A stretch of DNA of 64,000 bases from positions 92,442,001 through 92,506,000 of the forward strand of contig OX597820.1 in the NCBI GenBank assembly GCA_951406725.2, read 5' to 3'. Positions 30,766-43,507 of the stretch are shown here, in pieces. How positions within the stretch are numbered: position 1 is the stretch's first letter; the number at the start of each line of letters is the position of its first letter. The translations under genes and the position numbers were made by a program. A model generated the notes under the pieces. That model was not told the origin of the DNA and searched no databases. It was given only the letters and a program-made list of their open reading frames with translations. The DNA comes from Octopus vulgaris. Taxonomy: Eukaryota.

Positions 30766-31395
30766 ATAGTTATCGCCATACTAATATGGCATTCTTATAA
30801 AAATAAGAATAAAGCTGTCCGCTTATTGGCTCCATGAGGCCATCGCCTTAAGTTAGCTATTTGATACACAAACTGTATCCATATAACCTTCGAACAAGGG
30901 AGGTCAGTCGCTCCACACTACTTGACGCGGCAGCTACAGACCCGTTTCGGGGTAAGGCCCCTTTTCAATGCAGCGTAGCCAGACCAGTAGGTGTCGCTTC
31001 TGACAATCTCTGTTCGAAGGTTTTATTTACCTAGCTTCGGTGGAATACATCCACTTGTTTTCAATAATAGAAATATTAAAATTACTAAGTCTCTCTAAAA
31101 GAGAACAACGGCAGCGTTCTCGGAAAATAATAGTTATCGCCATACTAATATGGCATTCTTATAAAAATAAGAATAAAGCTGTCCGCTTATTAGCTCCATG
31201 AGGCCATCGCCTTAAGTTAGCTATTTGATACACAAACTGTATCCATATAACCTTCGAACAAGGGAGGTCAGTCGCTCCACACTACTTGACCGGCAGCTAC
31301 AGACGCGTTTCGGGGTATTGCCCCTTTTCAATGCAGCGTAGCCAGACCAGTAGGTGTCGCTTCTGACAATCTCTCTGACCTCCCTTGTTCGAAGA
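30764..31395 (-). repeat. 364-bp tandem unit (about 1.7 copies) with one HHR-like motif per unit; retrozyme/pLTR-like
   Basis: TAATAGTTATCGCC starts at 30764 and 31128; near-identical units. Minus strand UGCA-UUGAAAA-GGGG-N5-CCCC-GAAAC-NN-GUC-UGUA at 30932-30980 and 31295-31343. Confidence 0.8.
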
Positions 31396-31567
31396 TAATT
31401 AAGTGTTTTGCTCAAGGACAATGCACCGCTCGTCTGCAAATCGAAACTGCGTTCCTGCGATCGTACGTGTAATACCCTAACAGTAAAGCCTTCACATATA
31501 AGTACACACAAACACAAAACACACAAACACAGATAGACATTTAGAATATGGGCACACCGACAGACAA

Positions 31568-31599
<32 letters not shown>

Positions 31600-31613
31600 A
31601 AAGACAGACAGAC

Positions 31614-31699
<86 letters not shown>

Positions 31700-31702
<3 letters not shown>

Positions 31703-31975
31703 TGTTTCTTTATTAGCCACACAGGGCTGCACACAGACAGGACAAATTACAAGGAAGAGCTTTTCTTTTGGGGGTAAAAAAAGGGGTTTGGTTTTCGATC
31801 AAAAGGGATCATAAAGGGAAAGAAAGAGGACAAAAAAGGGGGGAATATTTTTTTTTTTAAAAGGTGGGGGAGAGAGGAAAAAAAAGGGAAAGGAAAAAAA
31901 GTTGATCAATAGGGATCGTTATCACAGAAATGTCAATATGAAGTGTAAAGGGGAGGACAGGTGAGGTTTACCTGT
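31700..31975 (-). mobile_element. Retroelement 3'-tail-like repeat (family E) inside (GATA)n
   Basis: Reverse-complement homolog of 36757-37012; ends GTGTGGCTAATAAAGAAACATATC; (GATA)n on both sides. Confidence 0.7.
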
Positions 31976-32007
31976 ATAGATAGATAGAAAGATAGATAGA
32001 TAGATAA

Positions 32008-32088
<81 letters not shown>

Positions 32089-33216
32089 AACTTTAGATCA
32101 GTTCTAATATACCTGGGATATATTTGACCTGTGAAGTTTCATTTCTATTGCAGTTTGGTGTGGAGAAACATTCTCGTTTCAGGCGAAAGACGTGAAAATA
32201 CACTAAAGGCAATTCGGAGCGCACGTTGTGGATCGGAAGAAGAATGTCTAGCTTCTTTGCTGTCTTCATTATCAGGTAGCAAACGAGACAACTCCAAACT
32301 GACAGGAATGCTTCATTTCCCTATCGGAATTTAGTACGTTGTAAAGTATCAACACGAGCAACAACAACAACAGAATCAAGCAAAGTAATGCACTCATCAC
32401 CACTACCAACCACAACATCAGCAATATCTATTACAACAACGATAATAGCAAGAAAAAAAACGAGAACTACGAAATCGAAAAGAGCAGCAGCACCAGGAAC
32501 AAAGACAATAACAACTAATACAACAGCAACGACGACGACGGTAACAGCAATGTCAATTATGGTAAATTCAAAACAACCTCAAAAGACTGTGGATTTCAAC
32601 TGTAACGTGAACTGTCAGAATCCTTCGAACGCTTGACAAAATGCTTCACGACATTTCGTACATCTTTACATTCTGAGTTCAAATTCCGTCGAGACCAATT
32701 TTGCTTTTCATTCTTTCGGGCTCGATAAAATCAGCATCAGCGGTGCATTGGGGTCATTGTAATCAACTTACTCCACGCCACCGAAATTGCTGGCCTTTTG
32801 CCGAAATTTGAAACCAGTACAGATTTGGAAGGCAAAAGATTTGAACCTGAGGCACCGGCACAACTTAGTCAGGCCACATGTGAGCGTACTTCTCTATGAA
32901 TAAAAATATAAATCACGGACGTTCATCTACAACTGTTTCAACAAGAATAGTAGAAGGGTTGAAAACCCATGTGAAGCACAAGCTGAGGAAATGCTTGAAT
33001 GAGGTAAGGGAATCAGTGTGACATCTAAGAAAAGGGAAACAAATTCGAATAATAGAAGTTCTTTGCCCTAACGATGAAGGGCTGTGAAAGCGTTAAGCTA
33101 ATACATTTGTTGTTTACACACCCGTCTTCGTCTTTTGTTTTTTCTAAATCCTCACTATATATACATACATATACATTGTCATATGTAATCTATGTACGCA
33201 TATATCTGTGAGATTA

Positions 33217-33596
33217 CAGGGGGCGAGCTGACACAAACGTTAGCACGCCGGGCGAAATGTTTTGCAGTATTTCGACTGTCGCTACGTTCTGAGTTCAAAT
33301 TCCGCCGCGGTCGACTTTGCCTTTCATCCTTTCGGGGTCGATTAAATAAGTACCAGTTACGCACTGGGGTCGATATAATCGACTTAATCCGTTTGTCTGT
33401 CCTTGTTTGTCCTCTCTGTGTTTATCCCCTTATGGGTAGTAAAGAAATAGGTATTTCGTTTGCCGCTACGTTCCGAGTTCAAATTCCGCCGAGATCGACT
33501 TTGCCTTTCATCCTTTCGGGATATAATCGACTTAATCCGTTTGTCTGTCCTTGTTTATCCCCCCTGTGTTTAGCTCCTTGTCGGCAATAAAGAAAT
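33217..33596 (+). mobile_element. Dimeric SINE family B with 17-bp TSD
   Basis: ATATATCTGTGAGATTA at 33200-33216 and 33597-33613. Confidence 0.85.
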
Positions 33597-34773
33597 ATAT
33601 ATCTGTGAGATTATATATATATTTGTGTGTGTGTATGTGTGTATGTGTGTGTGTGTGTGTGCGCGCGTGTATGTTAGCATGTGCAGACGCGTGCTCACGC
33701 GTGTGTGTGTGTGTGCGCGCTGTTTTACAAACTAGTCGTGTCAGGAGATATCTGCTTGATACCTGCTGGTCCTAAACGTTACGTTTGCTGATTGCATGTC
33801 AAGTGTCATGTGTTACTGAATACTGAAATATTTACAACAACTGGAATAAAAGAGTACTAATTAATGCTCATCTTTTTCACTTATTATGTATAGATATATA
33901 TTTGTGTATTTAGCAGTATCAGCGCCAAGCAGTGTTTAGGCATAGGCGAACTTTAGGTTAGTTAAAACATGTTTATGACCATATTTGAAACAACATAAAT
34001 TCGCTTATATATATATATATTTATGGATGTGTGTATGTATATATATGTATATGTATATGTATATATATATATGTATATATATATACATATATAAATATAC
34101 ATATATATATAGACATACATATATATATATATAGAGAGAGAGAGATGGATAGATATATATAGAGATATAGAAATATACGTAAATATATATGTGTGTGTGT
34201 GTGTGTGTGTATGTGTGTGTGTGTGAGTGTATGGTTCCAAGTCCTCTGAATGGTTGGACCTGAGAGGAGTATGTTAATTGAAAACAGTGATAAAATATTG
34301 CTACAAGTCTGTGCTTCAATATGGTGAAACACATTATGCTATCAACAAGACCAAATTCATCCATGAAGCTTGTTTGTTGATTGATCAATGCCACCATACA
34401 TAGAACGCAGCAGATATGCTTAATTATTATAGGACATTCAGAACTGAAAAGTAATTCCAATAATAGGTTTTCTATACAGCAATTCCATAGTATTACTCGC
34501 TGTATTGTTGGTGTTAGTGTTGTTATTCTCACCACTTTCACGACTACTGCTGTAGTCATCGTTGTAATTGCTATAGCTGTTGGTTTTGATTCTTCTGTAC
34601 TTAACACTGACAAACTATTGATGAGAGACAATCAGAGACGATAAGATTGATGTTATTGTATATAAATATTTACATATACTGTTTGTCGTCTTCTCCAATA
34701 ATTTCCGGTCTGTTTCCGCTAAATCTTTAGAAATAAATGACACAGTATTTTTATTTATCTTCGTCTTTTTCTT

Positions 34774-34836
<63 letters not shown>

Positions 34837-35477
34837 GCCTTTATGTTGGTAGAGTTTCTTTGTCTTTGAACACTAAAAATCTCGAAAGCTACTTCATAAC
34901 GATAGCAGGGACCACGCTTATATATAATTTATAATTCACCACTTGCAATCAAATGTTTTATTCTCTAGATTTCAAGCAGAACTAAAACTACCATTATAGA
35001 GGGCATTGAGAGATATTTGTAAACGTTAATATGACAATCATTGTACGCCAGATATATTTTAGTAATGTTCCTACCCCAATGATTTAACAAATGGGAAAAT
35101 CTAAACTTTTACCACTATTGATTTTTTTCTCTGGCAAATAGCCATATTTCCTAAAACGGTAGAAACATTCTTTAATACAGAGGGAATCACAACAAACTCA
35201 CCCACCAAGAGTAACAGATGCTAAGTTTTCTTCAAATTACACGCTTGTTTCTTAAAGCCAAATGTATGCATTGGATAATGAAGGTGTAAACAGTCGAGAA
35301 GGAAAAGATGAAAGCAAAACCCACATACGGGAAATTGCCCTTGATCATTGGTCTGTTCTATTAGGACTGACCTAGGTTTAAATGGCAAAAACCGATACAA
35401 TTTTGTGGGAGGAACTCACTATGTTCAAATCTGAATCGACAATAGTTCCGACATGAAGCTGGAACCTTACTCTAAAA

Positions 35478-35728
35478 CAGTATTTCTCAACCATTTGTAC
35501 CTGTGGACCCCTTTGATTCCTATTTTCCTCTAAGGGAGCAGCCATAGCCATTTGATGATTAAAGAACCTATAATATTTTCATATTTAAATATTATTAGGA
35601 AATGTATGAAAAAACTGGTGAAACGTATTGTGCATTGCAGAAGCATAAACAATTTCTCATATAAATGTTAACAACAAAATCTTATGTGGAACCCCAAGGG
35701 TTATATGAACCTCGGTTGAGAACGACTG
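35478..35728. mobile_element. hAT/Charlie-type MITE
   Basis: TIRs CAGTATTTCTCAACC / GGTTGAGAACGACTG; 8-bp TSD CTCTAAAA / ATCTAAAA fits the NTCTARAN preference. Confidence 0.85.
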
Positions 35729-36237
35729 ATCTAAAACATTTAATCCATCTTTACATAAAATCCACTGTAGCAATCATATATATGTAAAACAGTTAACGAA
35801 AGTTTTTAACATTGGGAGCGAAATCAATAAGAGCAATGCACTTAAAGATATGTGGTAAAGTTGAAACAATACAAAATAAATGATTTAATTTTTTTCATGT
35901 GATGTAGTACTTACATGAAACACCTGCATATTTATTTTAATTTGTCAGCACATGTTGAAATGTTGTTACTGAGTGTAAAGAGACGACGCAACGGTAAAGA
36001 ACAAGATCTCAGACTGGTGTATACACAGACGAAAGCAGACGCACATACATCCTCATATGTATATGTCTGTCCGTATGTATTCACATACTCAAATACGTGT
36101 ATATGCATTCGCGCGAACACACACATATACACACACACACACATACACACACACAAACACATATATGAATGCGTGTATGTACGGGACGCATATATATGTG
36201 TGTGTGTACGTATTTACTTTTAGAGGTAAAGGTATAC

Positions 36238-36295
<58 letters not shown>

Positions 36296-36600
36296 ATACG
36301 TCTACATAGAGATCAGTAAATACATTAAAGAAATATGTAAAATTATTTAACATTTATGATGGTAGCATTTAATCATAAAAGAAAATATAGCTGAATAATA
36401 TAAGGATTAACGCATTAAATAATGTATAATAACAATGTATGCTACAAAGCATATCTCAAAGCAGCATGCTCAGGAAACACAGTATACACATATCATACGT
36501 ATATCCTTCGAACATCATGCATAATTAATCTACATGTAAAATACATAGTGCTTTTCACACACACACTGCCACACGCACATCTATACCCCTTAATTAAATG

Positions 36601-36635
<35 letters not shown>

Positions 36636-36689
36636 AACCGTAAAAATTAATACAGAGAGTTGCTTATTTGCAAAAAAAAATAAAAGAAA

Positions 36690-37012
36690 GAAATATAACA
36701 TGTGACTTCATTGACCGAGGTTACCGTGGTCTTTTCCGTAGGCTTTTCTTTCCACGGGTAAACCTCACCTGTCCTCCCCTTTACACTTCATATTGACATT
36801 TCTGTGATTACGATCCCTATTGATCAACTTTTTTCCTCTCCCCTTTCCTTTTTTTTTCTTCCCCTCTCCCCCCTTTTTTTGTCCTCTTTCTTTCCTTTTA
36901 CGATCCCTTTTGATCGAAAACCAACCCCCTTTTTTTTTACCCCCAAAAGAAAAGCTCTACCTTGTAATTTGTTCTGTCTGTGTGCAGCCCTGTGTGGCTA
37001 ATAAAGAAACAT
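36690..37012 (+). mobile_element. Family E repeat, longer copy
   Basis: Homolog of 31700-31975; AATAAA near the 3' end, followed by ATCT/(TA)n. Confidence 0.7.
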
Positions 37013-37013
37013 A

Positions 37014-37052
<39 letters not shown>

Positions 37053-37120
37053 ATATATGTATGTATATATGTATGCATGTATGCATGTATGTATGTATAT
37101 GTATATATGTATATATATAC

Positions 37121-37160
<40 letters not shown>

Positions 37161-37433
37161 TTGTGCGTGTGTGTGTGTATGAATATGCATAAAACATGCG
37201 CTTCGTTTATATATATGATATACACGAAGAAGCACACAGACGCAAAAGCATGGTGGAAAAAATAGTGTTAGAATACCAAAAGTGGTTTAATATACTATTT
37301 ATTAAAAGTGAAAAAGATCATCATAAACTATTATTCGGAATTTCACGTGACCGTTTGTGAGTTAGTTACAATATTATCGCAACTATCTGACAAACGGTAG
37401 CATGAAACTCTGAGTAAAAGATATTTTCAGCTA

Positions 37434-38185
37434 GTATAGGGTGCAATTGATATATTGTCGTCAAAATTACACAAAAATGAGATTTCAAATTAACAGATAT
37501 ATTTACCAAAATTACAGAAAAATATCTTGAAATACTAAAGAGTAAATTTATTCAATAAAAACATCATTAGCTTCAACCACGGCTTCCAGACGACTTCGGA
37601 ATCTCTTGCAACCCACCTGGATGGTATTCTTGTTTATGTTGGTGAATGCTGCCATAATATTTGTCTTCAGTTCATCTTTGATGTTACAAGCAGTTTTGTC
37701 CCACATTAAACTGCGCCCCACACATTTTAATCAAGGGGGTTGCTGTCTCAGGAGTTAGGTGACCAGATGTTAGGAGTGATGTAGTCGCAGAAATTGTCTC
37801 ACAGCCGAGTCTGGGTTCTCCTGCTCGTGTGGCATAGTGCAGATTCCTGTTGACAGACATAGGATCCTATAGCAGCAACCCTCTTCACCCACGGTAGCAC
37901 TGCCTCCTCTAGGCACTGGATGTAGGCCGCCGAGTTGAGTGTGAGGCCATGAGTGATGATGAAGGTCACCATCTCTAGTCATCACTCCAAACACCATGAT
38001 GTTGACTGGATCTTTGATTTTTATCGCTCTCGGTACATGTTTTGGGGACACGGCAAGCCAGCAGATGTTCTGTGTGTTCACCATATCTATATACATAAAT
38101 GTATAATGGTGTCTATCTGTGTGTGCGGGGGTTACTTTAACTCCTCCCACACTGTCCAACTCATTTTTATGATTTTTTAGTACAT
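37434..38185 (-). mobile_element. Tc1/mariner superfamily (maT-like) transposase relic
   Basis: KDPVNIMVFGVM; QQESALCHTSRRTQ; WSPNS*DSNPLD*NVWG (WPPxSPDLNPLD motif); TA-TAGGG terminus near 37434. Confidence 0.75.
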
Positions 38186-38249
38186 AGGTAGATCATATGA
38201 CCTGAAGTTCAAATAAGGCCGGAATTTTCAGGAAACTCGATAATGCACA

Positions 38250-38428
38250 GCTGGCTAAGTGGTATTTTGTCTGTCTTTACGTATTGAGCTCAAATTCTGT
38301 CGAGTTCGCCTTTGTCTGTCATCATTTCGGGGTTGATAAATCAAAGACCAGTTGCGTAATGGAATCAAATCTAATCAACTGACCACTTCCTCAAATATTT
38401 CGGGCCATATTCCTAGAGTAGAAAAAAT
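38250..38428 (+). mobile_element. Older SINE family B-related copy
   Basis: Decayed B box and Nin-like domain; tail CCTAGAGTAGAAAA. Confidence 0.6.
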
Positions 38429-38435
38429 ATATACA

Positions 38436-40400
38436 CTGTAAACTACATAAAATCTAACCCCAGAGCTTTCTACAGGTATGCCAAAGAAACAGCTACGGTG
38501 CACTGTAGGATAGGGCCACTCCTTGAAAAGGATGGCACACTCACAGGAAATCCAATGAGGGTAAGTGAAATACTAAATGAGCAATTCAAGAGTATTTTCA
38601 CGCCACCCCTAGGGCATTTTCAAGTCAGCAATCCAACTGACTTCTTTACCACTGCAGATATAAAATCGGAGGCAGTGATGATTGATTACATCAATATAAA
38701 GGAAGACGATGTAATAAAGGCTATTGATGAAATGAAAACAAACTCAGCTACTGGCCCAGATGGATTCCCAGCAATCCTTCTAAAAGTATGTAAGAGAGTC
38801 CTAGCAAGACCATTGCAGTTCCTCTTTCAGAGCTTCCTTGCAACTGGCAAACTTCCAAGAAAACTGAAGGAAGGTAAAATATGCCCTATTCATAAAGGAG
38901 GTAACAGAGCGGAGGCCAAGAACTACAGACCTATCTCTCTAACCTCACACATCAGCAAGGTCATGGAACGAATAGTCAGAAGGAAACTAATCACCTTCCT
39001 TGAAAAAAATGACTTGTTGCCCGACACCCAACATGGTTTCCGACCAGGAAGAAGCTGCTTAACTCAGCTCCTACAACACTATGACTGGGTGCTGAAACGA
39101 CTGCTCAACCACTCAAATGTGGAAGTCATATATCTCGACTTTGCAAAGGCCTTTGATAAAGTCGATCATGGAATGCTATGTCACAAACTGCGTGATCTTG
39201 GCATAGTTGGAAAATTGGGAGAATGGCTTCATGACTTTCTGAAGGATAGAAGTCAGCTGGTAGTAGCCAATGGGGCCACTTCCATTAACACGCAAATAGT
39301 GAGCGGTGTTCCGCAAGGCACTGTTTTGGGACCACAACTGTTCATAATGGCCCTCTCAGACATGACCTCAGCTACGCAGAGAGCCACAATCACAAGTTAT
39401 GCAGATGATACAAAAGTTTCACAGGCAATACAGAACCCTGAAGACATTAAGCACCTGCAATGTGAGCTGGACAAAATATACAAGTGGACTAAAAAGAATA
39501 GCATGCAGTTCAATGCTGAAAAGTTTCAAGCTCTATGCTATCAGTACGCAAAACTAAATGCAATACCCAATAAATACACTGGAACTGGAGGGACTGCAAT
39601 CCCAGAGGCACAATCAGTGCGAGACCTGGGTATTTACATGAATGATGATGCAAACTTTCATGTGCATGTTGCTAAATTGGCAATGAAATGTAGGCGGCTG
39701 ACTGGATGGATTCTTAGAACCTTCAGAACAAGAGACCAGGAAACCATGATGGTCCTTTGGAGGACACTTGTCCTAAGCCACTTTGACTATTTCTCTCAGC
39801 TATGGTCACCATCCAGTGTCAAGTTAATCACAGAACTTGAGGCGATCCAACGTAGCTACACGAAGAAGATAGCCTCTGTGCAGCATATAAGCTATTGGGA
39901 AAGACTCAAGAGATTGAGACTCTATTCCTTAGAGCGTAGGCGAGAAAGATATGCCATAATATACATCTGGAAGATCCTGGAAGGACTTGTCCCAAACTTT
40001 GGCATCGAGAGTTACACAAATACCAGAACTGGGCGCCACTGCATAGTGCCAGGGACTCCAAATTTGCCATCAAGATGTAGGACAAGATACTGTGATTGCC
40101 TGGGCTTCCGAGGCCCACAGCTCTTCAATATCCTCCCGAAGAACCTAAGAGACATGCATGGGGTGGACGCAGATGTCTTTAAAATGAAACTGAATCTCTT
40201 CCTGTCAGGTATCCCAGATGAATCAACTTCACGGCAGGAGGTTCAGATGAGGGCAGCTGCATCGAACTCTCTCATGCACCAAATAGCAATTGCTAAAAAG
40301 CACTCGTGAAGTAAAATCATGTAGCAACACCAAATGGCGGTGCCCCAGCATAGCCACAGCTTGTGAGCTGAAACTAGATAAAAAAAATTTAAAAAATAAA
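38436..40400 (+). mobile_element. 5'-truncated CR1/L2-group LINE
   Basis: RT ORF starting at IKSNPRAFYRY, short 3' UTR with stem-loop and A-rich tail; no APE domain present. Confidence 0.9.
38498..40309 (+). CDS. Non-LTR retrotransposon reverse transcriptase (ORF2 C-terminal part, 603 aa open)
   Basis: GPDG, NYRPISLTS, QHGFRPGRSC, LDFAKAFDKVDH, GVPQGTVLGP, YADDT, RDLG motifs. The frame is open upstream to about 38436, so the GTG start is not the true start. Confidence 0.93.
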   Translation: MHCRIGPLLEKDGTLTGNPMRVSEILNEQFKSIFTPPLGHFQVSNPTDFFTTADIKSEAVMIDYINIKEDDVIKAIDEMKTNSATGPDGFPAILLKVCKRVLARPLQFLFQSFLATGKLPRKLKEGKICPIHKGGNRAEAKNYRPISLTSHISKVMERIVRRKLITFLEKNDLLPDTQHGFRPGRSCLTQLLQHYDWVLKRLLNHSNVEVIYLDFAKAFDKVDHGMLCHKLRDLGIVGKLGEWLHDFLKDRSQLVVANGATSINTQIVSGVPQGTVLGPQLFIMALSDMTSATQRATITSYADDTKVSQAIQNPEDIKHLQCELDKIYKWTKKNSMQFNAEKFQALCYQYAKLNAIPNKYTGTGGTAIPEAQSVRDLGIYMNDDANFHVHVAKLAMKCRRLTGWILRTFRTRDQETMMVLWRTLVLSHFDYFSQLWSPSSVKLITELEAIQRSYTKKIASVQHISYWERLKRLRLYSLERRRERYAIIYIWKILEGLVPNFGIESYTNTRTGRHCIVPGTPNLPSRCRTRYCDCLGFRGPQLFNILPKNLRDMHGVDADVFKMKLNLFLSGIPDESTSRQEVQMRAAASNSLMHQIAIAKKHS

Positions 40401-40572
40401 ATATAATTGAGCAAAGCGAACCCAGCATTTAACCATCGGATGAAATACATTGGTATTGCTTATCTTAAGTAATCTCAGGTGCTTCTTACCACTAGGATAC
40501 GGTTAGGAATAAGTGATCGAACGGTACTCGCCTAGATACTACATCCCCATTTCTTCACTGTAATACATATAA

Positions 40573-40649
<77 letters not shown>

Positions 40650-40717
40650 ATCCAAACAAGAAAGCACAACAAAATCGCAACGCGAGGACGTATATGTATG
40701 TATATACACACACACAC

Positions 40718-40762
<45 letters not shown>

Positions 40763-40809
40763 ATTCAATAAACTAATAATTTAAAAACGAATGAATATTT
40801 AAAAGAGAA

Positions 40810-40970
40810 ATAAAATAGAAACGTGAGGACTCGCACAAGTATTATATTTGTTTGACGCTCGGCGAAAGAAAAGAACATCTTACGCTCGGAGCAAGGCTCT
40901 TCATCGGAAAGAAGAAAGGGAAAAGTCCAAAGAAGAAGGAAAATAGCCAACGGCCCAAGTGTTATTACAT
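40810..40970 (-). mobile_element. Family D pLTR-like repeat with decayed HHR
   Basis: Minus CCGATGAAGAGC CTT GCTC CGAGCGTAA; homologous to 26215-26410. Confidence 0.5.
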
Positions 40971-42052
40971 TTCATATGTATATAAATATATGTATATATG
41001 TATGTGTGCATGTATGCATGTATGTATATGCACACACACATATATATATATATATGTATATATGTGTGTGTGTGTGTGTGTGTGTGCGTGTGTGTGTGTA
41101 TATGTATGTGTGTGTGTTTGTGTGTTTGTGTGTATATATTAGTATACCCGGACTGTCAAAAGTGACTGATTTCACAAAGATATATACTGGAACTGCAATT
41201 TTATACATGGATCGACATAAAATACATCCCATATATACAATATAAGCTTCTTACAATACGTCATATATCGTTGATAGATAAGTTTAGAATAAAATTTCAT
41301 TTTGTCAGAGGCAGTATATTTTACCAACAATGAGTTGTAGTGCATCGTTCCCTACAGCTCCATTATAAATGAAAACTTCTCTTATAATATATATAAACCT
41401 TCTACGGTGAAACCCCGATGCATTACAATAAAAAATCTAATATGTGATATACGCTCACGTCATATATTTCCTTTATATAACATACATGATTTTCCGTACA
41501 ACTTATACTATATTTTTAAGTATTAAAATATTCATATTTCCAATGATATATAATATATATTTCCGACATTGCATGTCTACCCTATATGGTGCATCATACA
41601 TTATTGGACATAATTTCGGTGTTCCTTTGTTGAGTCTTTTATGAACATAGTTCGGCTGACATGTGCCGAGTACACTTTGCTCCATCTTCGGTTGGATGCT
41701 TGTTTATAAAAGATTTGTTCTCCCCTCATCATCAATCATTACTTTTTTCTTCGTGCAAACTCTTATTATCCTTACTTTTAGCGTACGCATGCGTAGTATG
41801 CGGGTATGGATACACACACTCATACACACACACGCATACGCACGCGCATATACATATGTACTCATGTATACACATAGATATAGGCACACACGCTAACATA
41901 TCCATACATGCATGCATAAATATATGTAAAATTCCAGATTGCTGTAGAAGACACATGTATGTTTGTGCCGGTGTACTCGCACGTAGGTGCGTGCATCGTG
42001 TGCGTGTACATGTATATGTATATATATATATATATATATGTATTTATGTATG

Positions 42053-42089
<37 letters not shown>

Positions 42090-42132
42090 ATGGATTCATG
42101 TATTTATGAATTTAGATATATATATATATATA

Positions 42133-42232
42133 ATGGCAGTGCCCCAGCAAATGGCGGTGCCCCAGCATGGCCACAGCATGTGAGCTGAAACTAGATAAAA
42201 ATAAAAAAAGAAAAGATAAGCTGAAACTAGAA
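42133..42232 (+). mobile_element. Extreme 3' tail of the same LINE as 38436-40400, with local duplications
   Basis: CAAATGGCGGTGCCCCAGCATGGCCACAGCATGTGAGCTGAAACTAGATAAAAA is nearly identical to 40331-40385. Confidence 0.8.
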
Positions 42233-42993
42233 TCAATCAATCAATCATCAATCATACACACACAAAGACATACACACACACGCACACACACATACATATA
42301 CATATACATATATATATATATATATACATATGCATATATACAGATGTATATATGAATGCGTGTATGATGTTATGCATGTATAGTCTGTGTATGTGTGCGT
42401 GCATGTATGTGCGCGCGCGCGTGTGTATTATTAAATGACAAGGAAAGAGAAATTAGAAATCACCTTTATTATTTTATAGCTGTTTCTGCTATAAGTGAAG
42501 AGTGAAGTCAAAGCCCGCTGCTTGCGCAACATCTGACAGCCTCCTTGGAGGATTTAAAACCGAGTGCCTGTGTATATCGGAGAGCGTTCTCATGACGTAG
42601 TTTTTAAAGCATATATGTATATTGACTCCTAGCAACTAGTTATTATTCTCCAAATGCCTAAGGGAAATCATTGTACAACTCGATTCAAGTATATACAGTG
42701 TAGAGATATACTTACCTAAACAAATGATCCGTTGGTTCTACATCTAGAAGGAAAGATAGGCAAAATACCGACACACAGACACACATAGACACGCACACAT
42801 GTTAATATATGATAACTATGAAAGCTGAAAAAGTTCTCCCCAAACTGCGTGGCGAAATGTCACATAAAACTCTAAGCAACAGTTACTGACAATTCTTTCG
42901 AGTTTAATAATTATTATATTACTCTACCTTTCGTATTCGAGAACAATTTTCACCTATATGCAGCATGGCTGTGTGGTAAGAAGTTTTTTCCAG

Positions 42994-43507
42994 AAGGCGG
43001 CGAGCTGTCAGAAACATTAGCACGCCGGGTGAAATGCACTGGAGTCGATGTAATCGACTTAATCTCTTTGTCTGTTTTTGTTTGTCCCCTCTGTGCGTAC
43101 CTCTTTGTGGGCAGTAAAGAAACAAGAAACGTTAGTGCGCCGAGCAAAATGTTTAGCAACATTCGTCTGCTGTTACGTTCTGAGTTCAAATTCCGCCGAG
43201 GTCTACTTTGCCTTTCATCCTTTCGGGGTTGATTAAATAAGTACCAGTTATGCACTGGAGTCGATATAATCGACTTAATACGTCTGTCTGTCCTTGTTTG
43301 TCCTCTCTGTGTTTAGCCCCTTGTAAATAGTAAAGAAATAGGTATTTCGTCTGTCTTTACATTCTGAGTTCAAATTCCGCCGAGGTCGACTTTGCCTTTC
43401 ATCATTTCGGCGTCGATAAATCAATTACCAGTTACGTACTGGGGTCGGTCTAATCGACTGGCCGCCTCCCCCAAAACTTCGGGCCTTGTGCCTAGAGTAG
43501 AAAAGAA
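42994..43507 (+). mobile_element. Multimeric SINE family B with 16-bp TSD, inserted in a family A head fragment
   Basis: AAGAAGTTTTTTCCAG at 42978-42993 and 43508-43523. Confidence 0.85.

Noticed and set aside
38498-40309. Domesticated RT gene or autonomous active LINE
   Set aside because: It lacks the endonuclease and a true start, begins abruptly after a SINE, and keeps a retroposon tail; it is best read as a young 5'-truncated copy.
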